Below are positions 12,589 to 25,232 of a stretch of DNA of 64,000 nucleotides, in pieces. The position numbers and the translations under genes are program-made. The notes beneath the pieces were generated by a model. It did no database searches. It had not been told where the DNA came from and was given only the letters and a program-made list of their open reading frames with translations. Source of the stretch: Chara braunii (Eukaryota; Plantae; Charophyceae); the NCBI GenBank assembly GCA_003427395.1, contig BFEA01000016.1, positions 552,867-616,866 on the forward strand, in the 5' to 3' direction. The first letter of the stretch is position 1; each line of letters begins with the position of its first letter.

Positions 12589-13263
12589 TAGGGGACCCCT
12601 TGGAAATGCGTTCGAGCGTTCGGTCCGAACGCGGACAAAAAAAACAAAACAAATCTGAAAAAAACATATATTATAAAGAACAATAAAATGAACAACATTT
12701 GCTTGAGCATTGCATCGAACTTTCTTACCAAATTTGAAATAAAAATAAAATACGAAAAATATAATAATAAAAAAATAAATTAAAATCAGTGAGTGAGCGA
12801 GCACGTTTTCAACACCGCCATCTTTGACGATTGTTAATTTTGTTTTGGCATAGCCAAATGCCCTGAAAATTTATAAATAAATACTTCACACAATAAAAAA
12901 CTTATTAAAAAAGTTTCAAATTTTAATAAATTGTTTAAGTTTCGCAGTAAAGTAAAAAAAAAAACTAAAAAGTGAAAAAAAAAACAAATAGTGAGTGGGC
13001 GAGCACGTTTTGACACCACCATCTTTGGCGATTCTTAATTTTTGTTTGGCTTAGTTAAATGACTTCAAAATTTATATCCACGTACCTCACATCAAAGAGA
13101 ACTAAAAAAGAAAAAATCAAAAAAAATAAATTAATTTTAAGTCCCGAAATATTTTTTTATGGGGGCCGAACGCCTTCGGGCTTGGACCCCGAATGGGACC
13201 CCGAACCTCCGTACGTACGGAGGTTGGCCCAAGAACTTCTGTACGTACGAGCTCGTGACCCTG
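12589..13263. mobile_element. Probable hAT-type non-autonomous insertion in LTR C
   Basis: Absent from other LTR copies; TAGGGG...CCCTG ends; AT-rich core with internal duplication. No intact TSD, and an adjacent LTR segment is deleted. Confidence 0.45.
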
Positions 13264-13839
13264 TATATATCTATATATATGTATATACATATATATAGGG
13301 GTATAAGACACGAGAGGATCACTTTTCACAATCACAGTGTGACTTCCTCCATACATATATACATGATCACAGACAATTCAAATTTGAATCTTAAATCACA
13401 AAACATACCTGCAATCATATCAAAGATTCTCACATTGACCGAGCACACACTACGCACTGTCAACTTTAACCACTCTTTGCGTTTGCGTTATTCACAGAAG
13501 CCCCAACCTTTGTCCATTCTTCCAAAAGAAAACACTTAGTCTTTTTTTAAATGACCATTTATTAAAAGTCCCGGTAAAACACAAAAAAAAACATTTCAAC
13601 CCACAAGGGCTAAGATCATAGATTGAGTAGCGATAATGAGTAAGAGTTGGGTCGAAAACCAACTTGTTATCAAAGGATAATAGAATATGATCCTCGTAGA
13701 ATAAACTTAAAGTTAGTCAAGCTTCGAATCAATCTGAATAACAGTGACCTGCGACACAGCACAGCCTTGTGCCAAAGTCATTCTTGAGCAATCATGAAAT
13801 AATCCTACCTTCCATATTGATCTCTAATACTTGTTTGAA

Positions 13840-14425
13840 AATGTAATAAATTTCGGCAGTATATCCCCTAAACGAAGTTCTAAAATACTTTAATACCTTT
13901 AAAATACAAGAAATTTCAGCAGCACTTCCCGTAGGGAAAACACCTTTGCATAATTTATAGACGACTAAATATAAAATCTGAAAGTACTCCTTGATTTAAT
14001 AAAAATTGGGCCAGCATCCTCTAAAGAGGTAGGTTTCCCTGATTTATACTAAGTCAAATATAAACTCAATATAAAACTTGAATTCTGTCAAAACAAAATT
14101 CAATTATCTCTTTAGATTTGTAAAAATTTTAGCAAAGTTTCTCGTAGGAAAGATGTTTTTTCAAAATTTATACAAAGCTAAGTACAAGATAGAAGTAACT
14201 CTCACTTTTAGACAACCAAAATTTGTTTAACTCTTTGAATTAGTAAAAAATTGGGCAACATTTCCTTTAGAGAGGTAGGCTTCTCAGATTTATACTAAGT
14301 CATATATGAAGTCGGATTAAATCGAACTTTGTGAAAGATAAAATTTAACTAACTCCTTGAATTTGCAGAAATTTCGGCAACTCTTCCCGTAGGAAAAATG
14401 TCTTTACAAAATTTATACAAAGCCA
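13840..14425 (-). repeat. Hairpin array II in LTR C (~6 units, mostly ~120-bp period)
   Basis: Repeated GAAATTTCGGCAGCACTTCCCGTAGGAAAA...ATTTATAC on the + strand. Confidence 0.85.
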
Positions 14426-14724
14426 GAAATATAAAATAAAGTTGCATCTCATAAAATGTTGAACTTGAACTAAGTAATAAACTTAACTAGAAAATGCAGA
14501 AATTTGAACTAATTCTTATAACTCCAATATATGGCGAGTCTGTAAAACAACTACCTATCAAAGCTGAGGCTCCAAACAAGTAGAACTCACACTCAACAAC
14601 ATACATATTCATATCCCAATGGGTAAGTACTCTCATCAAATGCTCAAGTTATTTTTACACAAGTAGTTCATTATTTATCAGTTGAGTAAAACCCCAATAT
14701 CATAGCTTACATATGGCATAAGAA

Positions 14725-15530
14725 AGGCTAAACCATTCAACTTAGAAACAATGTTCATTTTTTGTCTTTACTTATAAACAAAACACGGAGCATAATAAAG
14801 TTTCTATATTCATTGGGCATATGACTAAGCGATTCAACTTAGAAACCCTGCTTAGTCGCTCTAAACTGTTTAATATCAAAGTTATATATATATTTCTTCA
14901 CTTTTATAATCAAAAGCAGACATATGACTGAACCATTCAACTTAAAAACACATATTCAGCCTGCCTGAATCTTATCGCTGATTATATTCTTAGTTGGGTA
15001 TTCTCTTCTTTTAGTGATAGGATATACTCATACTATTTAACTTAGAAACCCTGTCTGAACAGCTTGTCCATATAAAATATATAATATACAATATAGGAAA
15101 AAATACTTTTAAATTTCTATTTTTATATGCGTGGCCTCTCATACTAAGTCATTCAACTTAGAAACAATACTTAGTCTCAGCTTCAATTCCCTGAAAAAAA
15201 AACACAGAAATAGTTGAGTTATTAAACTTAGAGATAGATACTCAACCCCCTCTTTCATAACTAAAAGAAAAACAGGGATCCCTAAGCTATTCAACTTAGA
15301 AACAAATGTCAGAGGTCGGTTGAAAAACCTCCAAAAAAAGCAGGTAGACCAAGCCATTTAACTTAGAAACAAATGCTTGGCCTAGAAATGCAAACCATTC
15401 AGGTCCCGCCAAACAAAGCCACCACGACTTGACTACTGAACTTTGAAAACATTGTCTGACCCATCAGAAGACAATTTAAAGAAACATAGTAGTCAGACCA
15501 TTCAACTTACAAACAATGTCTGACTCTTTG
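14725..15530 (-). repeat. Hairpin array I in LTR C (~10 units; loop ATTGTTTCTAAGTTGAATG in LTR sense)
   Basis: + strand CATTCAACTTAGAAACAAT flanked by different stems: GACTAAGC/GCTTAGTC 14823-14857, AGTCAGAC/GTCTGACT 15491-15525, CCAAGC/GCTTGG ~15349-15380. Confidence 0.9.
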
Positions 15531-18129
15531 TTGGACCTTTAACCTCGAATCAAAACCACCTTCCCCCCACCTTCCCCCCACCTTCTCCCCACCTTCCCCC
15601 AATTTAAAACCCTTTTCAGAGTTCGACTTGAGATAAACAAAAAAAAGAAAACTGAAGTTTGCGTATGCATTCCTTTATTTTACTCTGACTTAATCCCGAA
15701 AGTCAAACATAAAACGTGTGGGGATGCACGCAGTATAATCCTGCCATAGAGAGATGTACTCATAAGGGTTTTAGCATGAGTTTATAGAAGGAGTCGAAGG
15801 ATTACCACTCAGTTCCATGCCTCCAAAACTTCTCATGAGTTCCAGCAGAGCTCTCGCAATCGGTGGGCAAACTCCCTACAGAGTCTTGATGTGGTCCTAC
15901 GGGTTGCAATCCCGCCTGCGGCCTTCCTCTCGTAACCTTAGACTATACTTAGAGTAAGAAGGACAGGAGGAGGGGTTTCACACACTCGAGATACACGGAA
16001 GGGACAAACGCAACTCGCGTGAGAGGGCCTTGCAATATGGACGCGCCTGAGGACCCCGCAATGGCAGCCAAATACGCAACAGAATAACCACACCATAAGT
16101 TGAACCCGGTGTATCAATACTCTGACAATCTCCCCACTTGTAATGACAACCTCCCTGCAAAGCCTAATCATTTTATCAAACTTGCAACACCATTTCCCTT
16201 TTTTTAACTACTGCTATGCAGCCTTGAAAGTTAATGTTCACATAGAGCACCCCTCCCTTCGCTTTAAAAGAAATAAAGGCAAAAACTCAGTAGGTCTTAA
16301 CAACCCCACTGCGCGCAACAGTCGTACACAGTGGCAGGGAAAAATAGCAATGTCCTGCAGTGTGTCTCGCAAAACCCAACCATTTACCACAGTAGCCAGC
16401 CACTACTGCATGTACAACAACCGCACGCAGCAACCATATGTTGTTGTAATGACCAGCCAATTACGCCAGCAACCAGCAAATATTGCACACACAACAACCG
16501 TGCACATCAACATATATCGCTATAATGCCCAACAACGTGTAGCAGAGGGCGCAGTTCCACATAAACATAGTTTTAGCAGAACTCGTAGCTTTAGTAGGAA
16601 CAACAACCGAAGCACGGTCCTTTTGTTCTGCAGATGAACTCCCTCTCCGGAGGCCAATTCCAACGAGAGGGTGTGAGCGGTCCGCTTAATCCGACACAGC
16701 ACACCTCCTCCGCTCACCCGATCGATTGTGAACAACACCGGTTTGCTTGATTGGCTGAGACAATACGCCCACTTGCTCAGTTGCGGCAGCATGCTCACTT
16801 ACTTTTCTCTCTCACTGTCTCTCTCTTTCCCTCTCGCTCTCACTCTTTGCCAACTCTGCTTACCACAAATGACCTACTTGGACCATACTCGACTTTCTAT
16901 TCATCCGCATCGCTAGTTCCAGTTGTCAGGTTAGTGCTCCTTCTCCGTCGTTTCTTGTTGTCGTCACCCCAGTCGCCTTCTTTGTTGTCCTTACCTACGG
17001 TGCATAAGTGCACTTGATCGTCAATCCGACCAGGTTCAAAAATTGGCTTGCTGGGCGAATGCTTCGAGGCAAGATTCTCACGGCCACCAGGTACGTATGC
17101 TTCTCACTTCCACTCTCGCTTTTTTTTTTTCTCTCTCCATTACTGTTATCAGCAACTGATGCACCTAGCCGTTAGTATGGCCAGGTTCATTCACTTCGAA
17201 GGAGAATTATGAAAACGACGAAACACAAGTATCGTGAACACAGTCCTTGAGACGAGTACGACAAGCGCCTTACCCCCGGGCGATTACGGCGACCACGAGG
17301 AGCGCTCGAATCAAGGTAAGCACAACTATTCACCTGACAGGCGATGATGACGATATCAACCATGAGGTGGCAAGGACGCACCAAAGTGGAGGTAAGAGGT
17401 TTTATCGAAAGAGGATGAAAGTCACCACGGGAAGAAAGAAGGCCGCACAATCACGATTCCAAGCAATCATGAATACTGACGCCGACTCGATCTGCATGTC
17501 CCAAATGAATTTCGCGTTAGAGTATGGAACGATACGTCACGATACTCCCGTAGTGGCTGCGCACCTGCTACTACTAGTAGAGGCCAAACCATCATCCGAA
17601 CTGAGAATCAACATGCCAATCGAATCGCAATGCGCGAAAACCTCGGAAACGCCTCCTCGTTCGTGGAAAACAACCGAGAATCTAGCGGATGCTTCAACAC
17701 TCGCCCTCCCTTTTTTGGCTCCCTCTCTTTTTCCGCGCACCCCCTTTCTCTTCATCCTCCCCTTCTACTAACTCTCCTCCAGATCTAACTACACCATTTA
17801 ATCCACCTTGCCAAAATAACTCTATTTACAATCTTCCCCTACTCGTTTTCGTCAAGATACGAGTGTGTTGTAGTTGTTTACTCCCGCCATAGTTTCTTTC
17901 CCCGTGGCTACCTCCATCCCTGTTTTAAATGCACATGGCGCGATTTGCGTCCAGATTCACCCCTTTCTTAAGGCCTGTTGCTTCTTCCTCCCTCCTCGAT
18001 TCTACCTTGTCTTTTTATTTTTCTCCTTTTTCATTATCAGTGCCGTCTTCCCGATCATTACTAACACATCTTCATGGAAAAGCAGTCAATGACCCAAACT
18101 TACATGGAGCTATTCGTTAGTCTCAGCGA

Positions 18130-18955
18130 CTCTGTGAAACTTCGGATGCGACAACTATTAGATGGATCAATTAGCCTTTCGCCCCTATACCCAAGTCCGA
18201 CGAACGATTTGCATGTCAGTATTGTTGTGGGCCTCCACCAGAGTTTTCTCTGGCCACGCCTTGCTCATACATAGTTCGTCGTCTGCAGGTCCCAACGGAC
18301 AATGCTCACACTCACACCTCTCACAACAGATCATGGTTAGTGGGTGACGCATTTCCCAGTTGTGCCCCACCCTGCTTCAACTCCTGCTGCCCTAAAGGAA
18401 ACTTCGAAGGAACCAGCTACCAGATGGTTCGCTTAGTCGATCGCCTCTATACCCAGGTTCGACGATTGATGGACATTGCTACTGCGGCAGACCTCCGCCA
18501 ACGCTTCTCTCTGCGCTCAACTTCGGCATAGTTCTCGTCTTTTGGGTCCCATAGGGCATGCTCTAATTCACATCTCTCAGAGCAGATCGTGGTTAGTGGG
18601 CGGCGTATTCCCCAGTTGTGCCCCGCCCTGCTTCAGCTCCTGCTGGCCCAAAGGAAACTTCGAAGGAACCAGCTACCAGATGGTTCGCTTAGTCGTTCGC
18701 CCTTATACCCAGGTCCGACGATCGATGGGCACATTGCTATTGTGGCAGGCCTCCGCCAGCGCTTCTTTCTCTGCACCCAGCCTAGGCATAGTTCATCGTC
18801 TTTTGGTTTCCATAGGGCATGCTCACACTCACACCTCTTACCACAGATCGTGGTTGGCGGACGGTGCAATCGTAGAGCCCTCGCCACTCATGTTTCTTTC
18901 GCCTTGTGGCTTAGCCACCCACCCACTCGTATGTACACCGAGCTCCTCGGCCCTT
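18130..18955 (-). pseudogene. Three tandem degenerate LSU (25S/28S) rRNA fragments (LR3-LR5/D3 region) inside LTR C
   Basis: + strand matches the LSU reverse complement GGAAACTTCGGAGGGAACCAGCTACTAGATGGTTCGATTAGTCTTTCGCCCCTATACCCAAGTC.GACGAACGATTTGCA.GTCAG (recalled). Units start near 18130, 18390 and 18647. Confidence 0.9.
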
Positions 18956-21044
18956 TCCTCAACAATTCATGGGTGTACCAACTGAGCTAGGCGCAACCCG
19001 TTCGAAGATCGGCCCCAGTACCAACGCCGGGATCAGCCTAAAAACAAAATAGAGAATAAAATACATAAATTTACTAAAGCAATGGTTAAATAAAAATAAA
19101 AAGTTAAAAAATAGAAGACGGGGCTAGGGGGACCACAGACACCCTTTTGTCCCGCCAAATGGGCCTGCTGTTGTGGTTGTTAACAAAACCGAGGGGGATA
19201 ACCCCGCCAGACCCTGAACCCCTCGGTCCCTTCAAGCTGCTTCAATGCTCTTTCGTCGTCGTGTTCTGGGCCCGATCCCTGAACCTGCTGCCTGAAACTC
19301 AAACACCATAACCGATAGTGCTCTGCCCAAGGCTGGTACTGATACTATCAGATAACTTTATAAATACGTTCAACCAGTTGCACGCCCCAATGGAAATGCC
19401 CCAGGGCTGCACTTTGGCCTATCGGTCAGTTTCACGACTACCAAAACCGGTATCTTTTGTTATACAGGTGTCGGGTTCCACGCACGACCCTCACTCACTC
19501 GTCACTAGCTACAAGCCTATTCATCATTGATACTCAATTTTATCAGATATAGGAAAAATCACCCGCGCCTTAAGCTCGCGCGTTCACACACCCCCTAATC
19601 TTACCTTGCACGCGCCCGTTGTTCGGCTACAAAGAGTCAACCGTGGGCCGTGCAATACGTACATAGGCTCCTACCTTATATATCATCCTAGGTATCATTT
19701 GTGTAAAGTGCAAATATACGCATGAATATCCTTGTAAGGGTATTCACATCGACACCGTGCGAGAATTGTCGCCCGAGGCGTTGATCTCCCAACGTCAATC
19801 CTGCTCCGGTCGGCTAGGACGACCAATTTAACCATGCAACACACTTCAGAAAATAAAATCAAGCTTCATACGTAAATCACGCCCAGTCCCTTGTTTGCAT
19901 CCGATCCATAACTTTCGACGTAAGAATTAAGCAGGTGTCACGTGCGAGACTCTGAATAAATATCGGGGCGATGTAGACTTTCTCATGTCGACTAGCCACA
20001 CATGAATGGGCAAGTTGTCGCAATCGTGGCGAACTATGTGGTACATAGAACCACACGATCCTTAAAGATGTCGAGGTTCATTTTCGACACTCAAGTGTCG
20101 GATGACACACGCCTTGAGGGGTTAATCCCTCGACGCTCGACAATCTCAAGTGCGATTGCGAGACCTACCCTCTTCTGCACACTATGAAGAGGAGGGGTAA
20201 GTGGGCTTCGACCCTTGGTGGTGGCCAAACGCCTCTACCTCTGGGAGCAGGGCTCCATCATCGGAGGCCTGAAAACATGTTAAGGGGTTTGACTTCGGCA
20301 GTCGCCACAATTATAAAAATAAAAAAAGCAAAAATAAAAGGGGATCTCCCTTTGCTCTCAGTAAAAGTTTGCTCAATCCTTCCGTATGGTCAAAGTATAC
20401 CGCGTGAGTACTTAAAAACATGAATATAACGACCTTATTGGACACGAGGTGATCACTCTCACAATCACAGTGCGAATCCCTTCAAAATATACACATGATC
20501 GTAGACAAATTCAAATATGGACTTAAACTCACAAAGCATACCTGCAATCATACCAAAGATTTAACATCAACAGACCACGCGCTACACGGGATCAACTTCA
20601 ACCATTTTTTGTACTCACACCCCTTGCCTTAGTCAAACAAGTTCCCACCTTTGTCCAACCTTCAAAAATAAGATCACTCAGTCCCTTTTTAAATGATTAT
20701 TTAAGAAAAGTACAGCTAAAAATCCAAACAAGCATTTTAACCCACAAGGGTTAAGGCCTTAAGTCGAGTAGCGAGATTGAGTTAAAGTTGAGTCCAAAAC
20801 CGACCTGTTATCAAAAGATAACAGAAGATGATCCTCGAAGGATCAGCCTGAAGTTAGTCAAACCTTCGAACAATAAAAAAAAAAAATGACATGCAACACA
20901 ACATAAGTCAGTGCTCAAACTATGATTCAGTGAATATATGATCGAGTAAATATACGATTGAGTGAAGACATGATTAAGTGAATATATGATTGAGTGATGA
21001 AATGATCATACCTTCCTACCTTATCTTTGACACTTATCTAAAAA

Positions 21045-21670
21045 TATCAAGAGTTTTGGCAGAATCTCCTTTAGCAGGGGTAGATCATTAAAACTTTCAA
21101 AGTCCAAAAATATTATAAGTCCTTTTGAATTAAGACATTCTGGCAGCGCTTTCCGTATGATAAGTGTCTTTGCAAACTTTATATAAGACTAATGAAAATC
21201 CCAGAAAACTTCTAACTGAAAAAACTAAAATTTTATTTAATTATTCAGATTAACAAAAATTGGGGTAGCACCTCCCCTAGGAACCTACAATCAAAAATAT
21301 TATGCTAATCCAGAAGCGAGTCACGTAAACTTCCTAGCTTTTTCAAAAACAAACTTTGTCTAACTCCCTTAACTAGTAACAATTTGGGCAGCATCTCCTT
21401 TAGAGAAGGTAGCTTCCCAGATCCCTACCGACTCATAAATATGAAGTAAACAAAAACTTATAACTTTGCATAAAAGGATATGTCTAACTCTTTGGATTAG
21501 TAAAAATTTCGACAACATTTCTTTTAGAGAAGGCAGAGTGTCAAATTTATACTAATCCAAAAATGACTTAGACAATTTTATTATGCAAATCTTGAAAAAT
21601 TATCTAACTTCTTAAATCCTGTATAATTTGGGGCAGCAACTCTTTTAGAGAGTTAATATTCCAAATCATA
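21045..21670 (-). repeat. Hairpin array II in LTR D (~6 units)
   Basis: Repeated AAATTTKGGCAGCAYCTCYTTTAGAGA...ATTTATAC at ~120-bp period. Confidence 0.8.
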
Positions 21671-21734
21671 TAAGTATAAGTCCTAAAACAAAAATTAATG
21701 AAAAACTTAAAACTATCTCAAATCGCTTCAACAC

Positions 21735-23302
21735 ATGGTGAGTCGGCTGGAGGGAATTCACCCTATGTTGAGCAACGCGAAGAACATACCGCGTGTTTTG
21801 GAACACGATCGAGCAGTGAGTCTACAGAAGGAGATCGCAGCAGGTTTTGACTTGTGGAAAATTTGTCGGAAGAAACCTCCTCTGGTTCCTATCAACACAA
21901 TACGCGAATGTTTTTCCCAAGTTGAATCTTGCGCACATTCCTTGTATGAGCACCATGTTTATGATGTGAAAAGTCGTTTTGAGGGTTTGGTACTTACTCC
22001 CCTCGATCGTAACCCCGGGGAGACGCTCGTAATATGCCCAACCATATTCTATGAGGGGATGATGGATACGTTTGTACGAAACCCTAGGTACATGATTAAA
22101 GTGCCAAGTGAACAGGAAACGCTGAGGGAGATTAACAAAGACGTGAGGGAGGCCGGCTTAAGCGATTTTGCTAAATGGGATAGGTCGGGGACTTTCGGAT
22201 CGGCATATATTATACATAAGCATAAGGACTTGGGAAGGTATAGACCGATATGCCCAACGTTTAGTGAACCGATGATCAAAACTGGGAGGGTCGTCTCTAG
22301 AGCACTTAATTACTTGTTGTCAACTATTCCCCGAAACGGGCATTTTAACTTGCCTTCCGTTTCCGCGTTACCTCAGCGCTTGCATGATGCAAACAGACGG
22401 ATCTTGAGCTTGGGGCAGGGATATGAGGTGTCCTCCTACTCATTTGACATTAAGGAAATGTTTAGTCGTCTGCCACACTGTGATGTCCTACGGGCAGTGG
22501 AGTGGGTTATAGCATTCCATATGTCGAAGGGTCGTACTTTCGTTCGGGTGAACACGAGAGGGAAGGGTTCTTCCTTCGGGGTTACTACAGGCGCAGACCA
22601 TTGGTGTAAACTGAACCTCACAGAGATTTTGATCTTTTTTAAGTTAGAACTGAAACATACTTACACTTTCGCCATGAGTGTATTGCTGCAGCAGGTGGTT
22701 GGTATCCCGATGGGAAAAACTACCAGCCCCCCGTTAGCTTGTATCTTGTGTGCCTATTCGGAATTTATGTACCTTCGTAGTCTGGGTAGATACGCCCGCT
22801 GTGTGTTCGACTATCGATTGGTGGATGACGTCATGTTCATCACTGTGACTAAGAACTAGGACTTAGCGGCGAGATTGTTGACTGGCTTCGAGAACTGCTA
22901 TCCAGACTCATTAACTTTGAAAAAGACCGATGACGGCGGCGGGACCTTTGATTTCTTGGGCTGCCAGATTCGGACGTCCAGGTGCTTTCCCTATCTGAAT
23001 TGCGTCCAGATGTCTAAGAATGAGGACTGCGTTTGGACAGATAAACCGCTGAAGATCCATAACGGGCAGTCCTTTCTGTCCTGGGATGTAAAAGGCAAAA
23101 AAACGCAGTCGTCAGTGGCTACCTACATCGGATTGACAGGAACACCGCGATCAGATCGGAGATACCGCGACGGGTGCTGACACTGAAACAAGAACTCATG
23201 AAAAAGGACTTCCCGGACTCGTTTTTTCATCGAGTACTGAAGCACTTTGCAGTGAGACATGACAAAATTTGGCAACATACTGTCCGCTTCTTGGAGCAAT
23301 AA
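21735..23302 (+). pseudogene. Penelope-like reverse transcriptase (truncated; internal stop and frameshift)
   Basis: Motifs PLDRNPG, HKHKD..YRPI, FDIKEMFSRLPH, QQVVGIPMGKTTSPPLA, RLVDD, DFLG. No C-terminal GIY-YIG is visible. Confidence 0.85.
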
Positions 23303-23309
23303 GACAGGG

Positions 23310-23510
23310 TATGGACACTTTCTGTGTGGTGCATTTGAATCTTTGGCTGAAGTGTTTTGTTTTTTTCGATTGTTTTTTACGATCTCGTGAGCAATAGGAC
23401 AGGGTGTGGACAGTTTCTGTGTGATGCAGTTGAATCTTTGGTTGAAGTGTTTTGTTTTCTATTTTTTACGATCTCGTGAGCAATAGGACAGCGTGTGGAC
23501 ATTTTTTGTG
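23310..23510 (+). repeat. ~85-bp tandem duplication in the PLE 3' UTR
   Basis: TTTTTTACGATCTCGTGAGCAATAGGACAG occurs twice; GGACAC/AGTTTCTGTGTG.TGCA..TGAATCTTTGG occurs twice. Confidence 0.8.
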
Positions 23511-24097
23511 TCGTGGATTTCTGTTGTTGGTGTAAAGCGCTTTGTTTTCTGCTTTTATGATTTCCTGGAACAATAGAATAGGATGAGGACAATTCTAGTG
23601 TGTACTGTTGCATTTTAGATTCTGGTAGATGTGGTCTGTTTCAGCGAAGTTGGTCGTTCGGGTCGGTTCGTGTAGTAGTTTGCACTGGGTTGATCGCAAG
23701 ATAACCGGGTCTGGATATCCTGTGCGGCTGCTCAGATATTGCGACAGGGAGTACAGACTAGGATGACACCTTTTTTGAGTGGAGGTTGTGCCAAGGATAC
23801 GGGGCCTTGTGCCTGCTTTTCGGTTGTCTGGAACTGTAAAAACCTGGTGTTTCGCTTATACGAAAGGTCTGGCTCTGCAGGTCCTATTCGAAGGGACGGC
23901 CATGTTGGGGCTACCGGCAGAAACATGGGATACGTTTTGTTGTTTGTAGAGATGGGGTAGACTATATGTGCATTGGTTGTGTGTAGGAGCAACAGGACTA
24001 ACGACCGGAACTGCATTTGGTTTTCGAAGACCGATAGCAGCGACGGACGGGAGAGGGTTGGAATGGGAAGTTTGACTAGTGGAGGATAGTGGCGGAA

Positions 24098-24138
24098 CCC
24101 CCTGATGAGATGACGGCGGCCATCGAAACACGTCGGGG
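24098..24138 (+). ncRNA. Minimal type I hammerhead ribozyme
   Basis: CCCC-CTGATGA-GATG(acggcggc)CATC-GAAAC-AC-GTC-GGGG: complete core, stems I and II, and a very short stem III. Predicted cleavage after 24134. Confidence 0.88.
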
Positions 24139-24444
24139 ACGCAATCCCGGGATAATTTTTTCTATCTTGTACATGCAATGACATGCAATGATGCTTTGTG
24201 AGTTTGAACGTCCTTGCTTTGGATGCTTTGACTCTGTGATATCACCATTACCATTACATGGTGAACTCTAAAGCTACCTACCAACTCAAAGATTCAGGAT
24301 AGGCAGTTTACACACAATCCACATGCAAATTGATATCACGATAAGTAAGCACTCTCACCAAAACCCCAAGTTATTTTTCACATAAGGAGTTCATTATCTC
24401 TCAACTAGATAAATCCTAATACCCTAGCTTACTTCATGACATAA

Positions 24445-25232
24445 AGACTAGAACATTCAAGTTGAAAACAATGTATAGCCTTGTCTTATTTATAAACAAA
24501 ACACAGGGCAAAGTAAAGTTTCTTTCTTCATTTGGCATATGACCAAGTCATTCAACTTAGAAACCTTGTCTGGTAAACCCGAGCATTTAATATTTCATAT
24601 TTAAAAGTACTTCTTTGATCCTTTTATGTCCGGTGAGGCATAAGGCCGAATCATTCAACTTAGAAACAATACTCTGTCTGCCGAAGTTTCTTTTGGAACA
24701 TTCATAATTTCATACTCTCTTCCTTCAATGATAAACTATAGTCAAACCATTCAACTTAAAAACCTTATCTGAATAGCATGTTCTCATAAAATATATAATA
24801 TAAAATCTAAAAATAATTATTATCAAATTTCATGTTTGTATGCGCAACTTCTTAGACTAAGTCATTCAACCTAGAAACAATACTCAGTCTCAGCCTAGAT
24901 CCCCTCAAACGAAAACACAGTAAGATTTGAGTTATTCAACTTAGAATCAATTTTGAACCTTTATTTTCAAAACTTCAAGAAAAGCAAGGATCCCTCGACC
25001 ACTTAACTTAGAAAACATGCTTAGAACTTGTTAAAAAACCTTCCAAAAAAATAGGTAGACCAAGCCATTTAACTTAGAAACAATGATTGGCCTCATAATC
25101 AAACCATGCACACCTCAAAGCAAAGCTACAACAACCAAACCATTCAACTTGAAAACATTGTCTGACCCTTCAGAAAACAAATCAAAGAAACATAGCAGTC
25201 AGACCATTCAACTTAGAAACATGCCTGACCTT
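24445..25232 (-). repeat. Hairpin array I in LTR D (~10 units)
   Basis: CATTCAACTTAGAAACAAT motif with flanking inverted repeats, e.g. AGACTAAGT/ACTCAGTCT 24854-24890. Confidence 0.9.

Larger units (their letters stand above)
12053..19754 (-). mobile_element. Giant solo LTR copy C (7.7 kb, 28S-carrying type), nested in D
   Basis: Termini TGTCAAG...ATCGACA. 4-bp TSD CCGC (12049-12052) / CCGT (19755-19758); removing C restores the family sequence. Confidence 0.88.
21742..24255 (+). mobile_element. 5'-truncated Penelope-like retroelement inserted into LTR D
   Basis: 9-bp TSD ACATGGTGA (21733-21741 / 24256-24264), short ACCATT-repeat tail, PLE-type RT and a 3' hammerhead. LTR D sequence resumes at 24256. 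Confidence 0.88.

Noticed and set aside
18130-18955. Functional rDNA unit
   Set aside because: Only short, diverged, tandemly repeated LSU pieces; no 18S, 5.8S or remaining LSU.
12053-19754. Ginger-type DNA transposon (TGT..ACA ends, 4-bp TSD)
   Set aside because: The terminal inverted repeat is only a few bp, and sister copy D is directly followed by a tRNA PBS and gag-like sequence, which favours an LTR.
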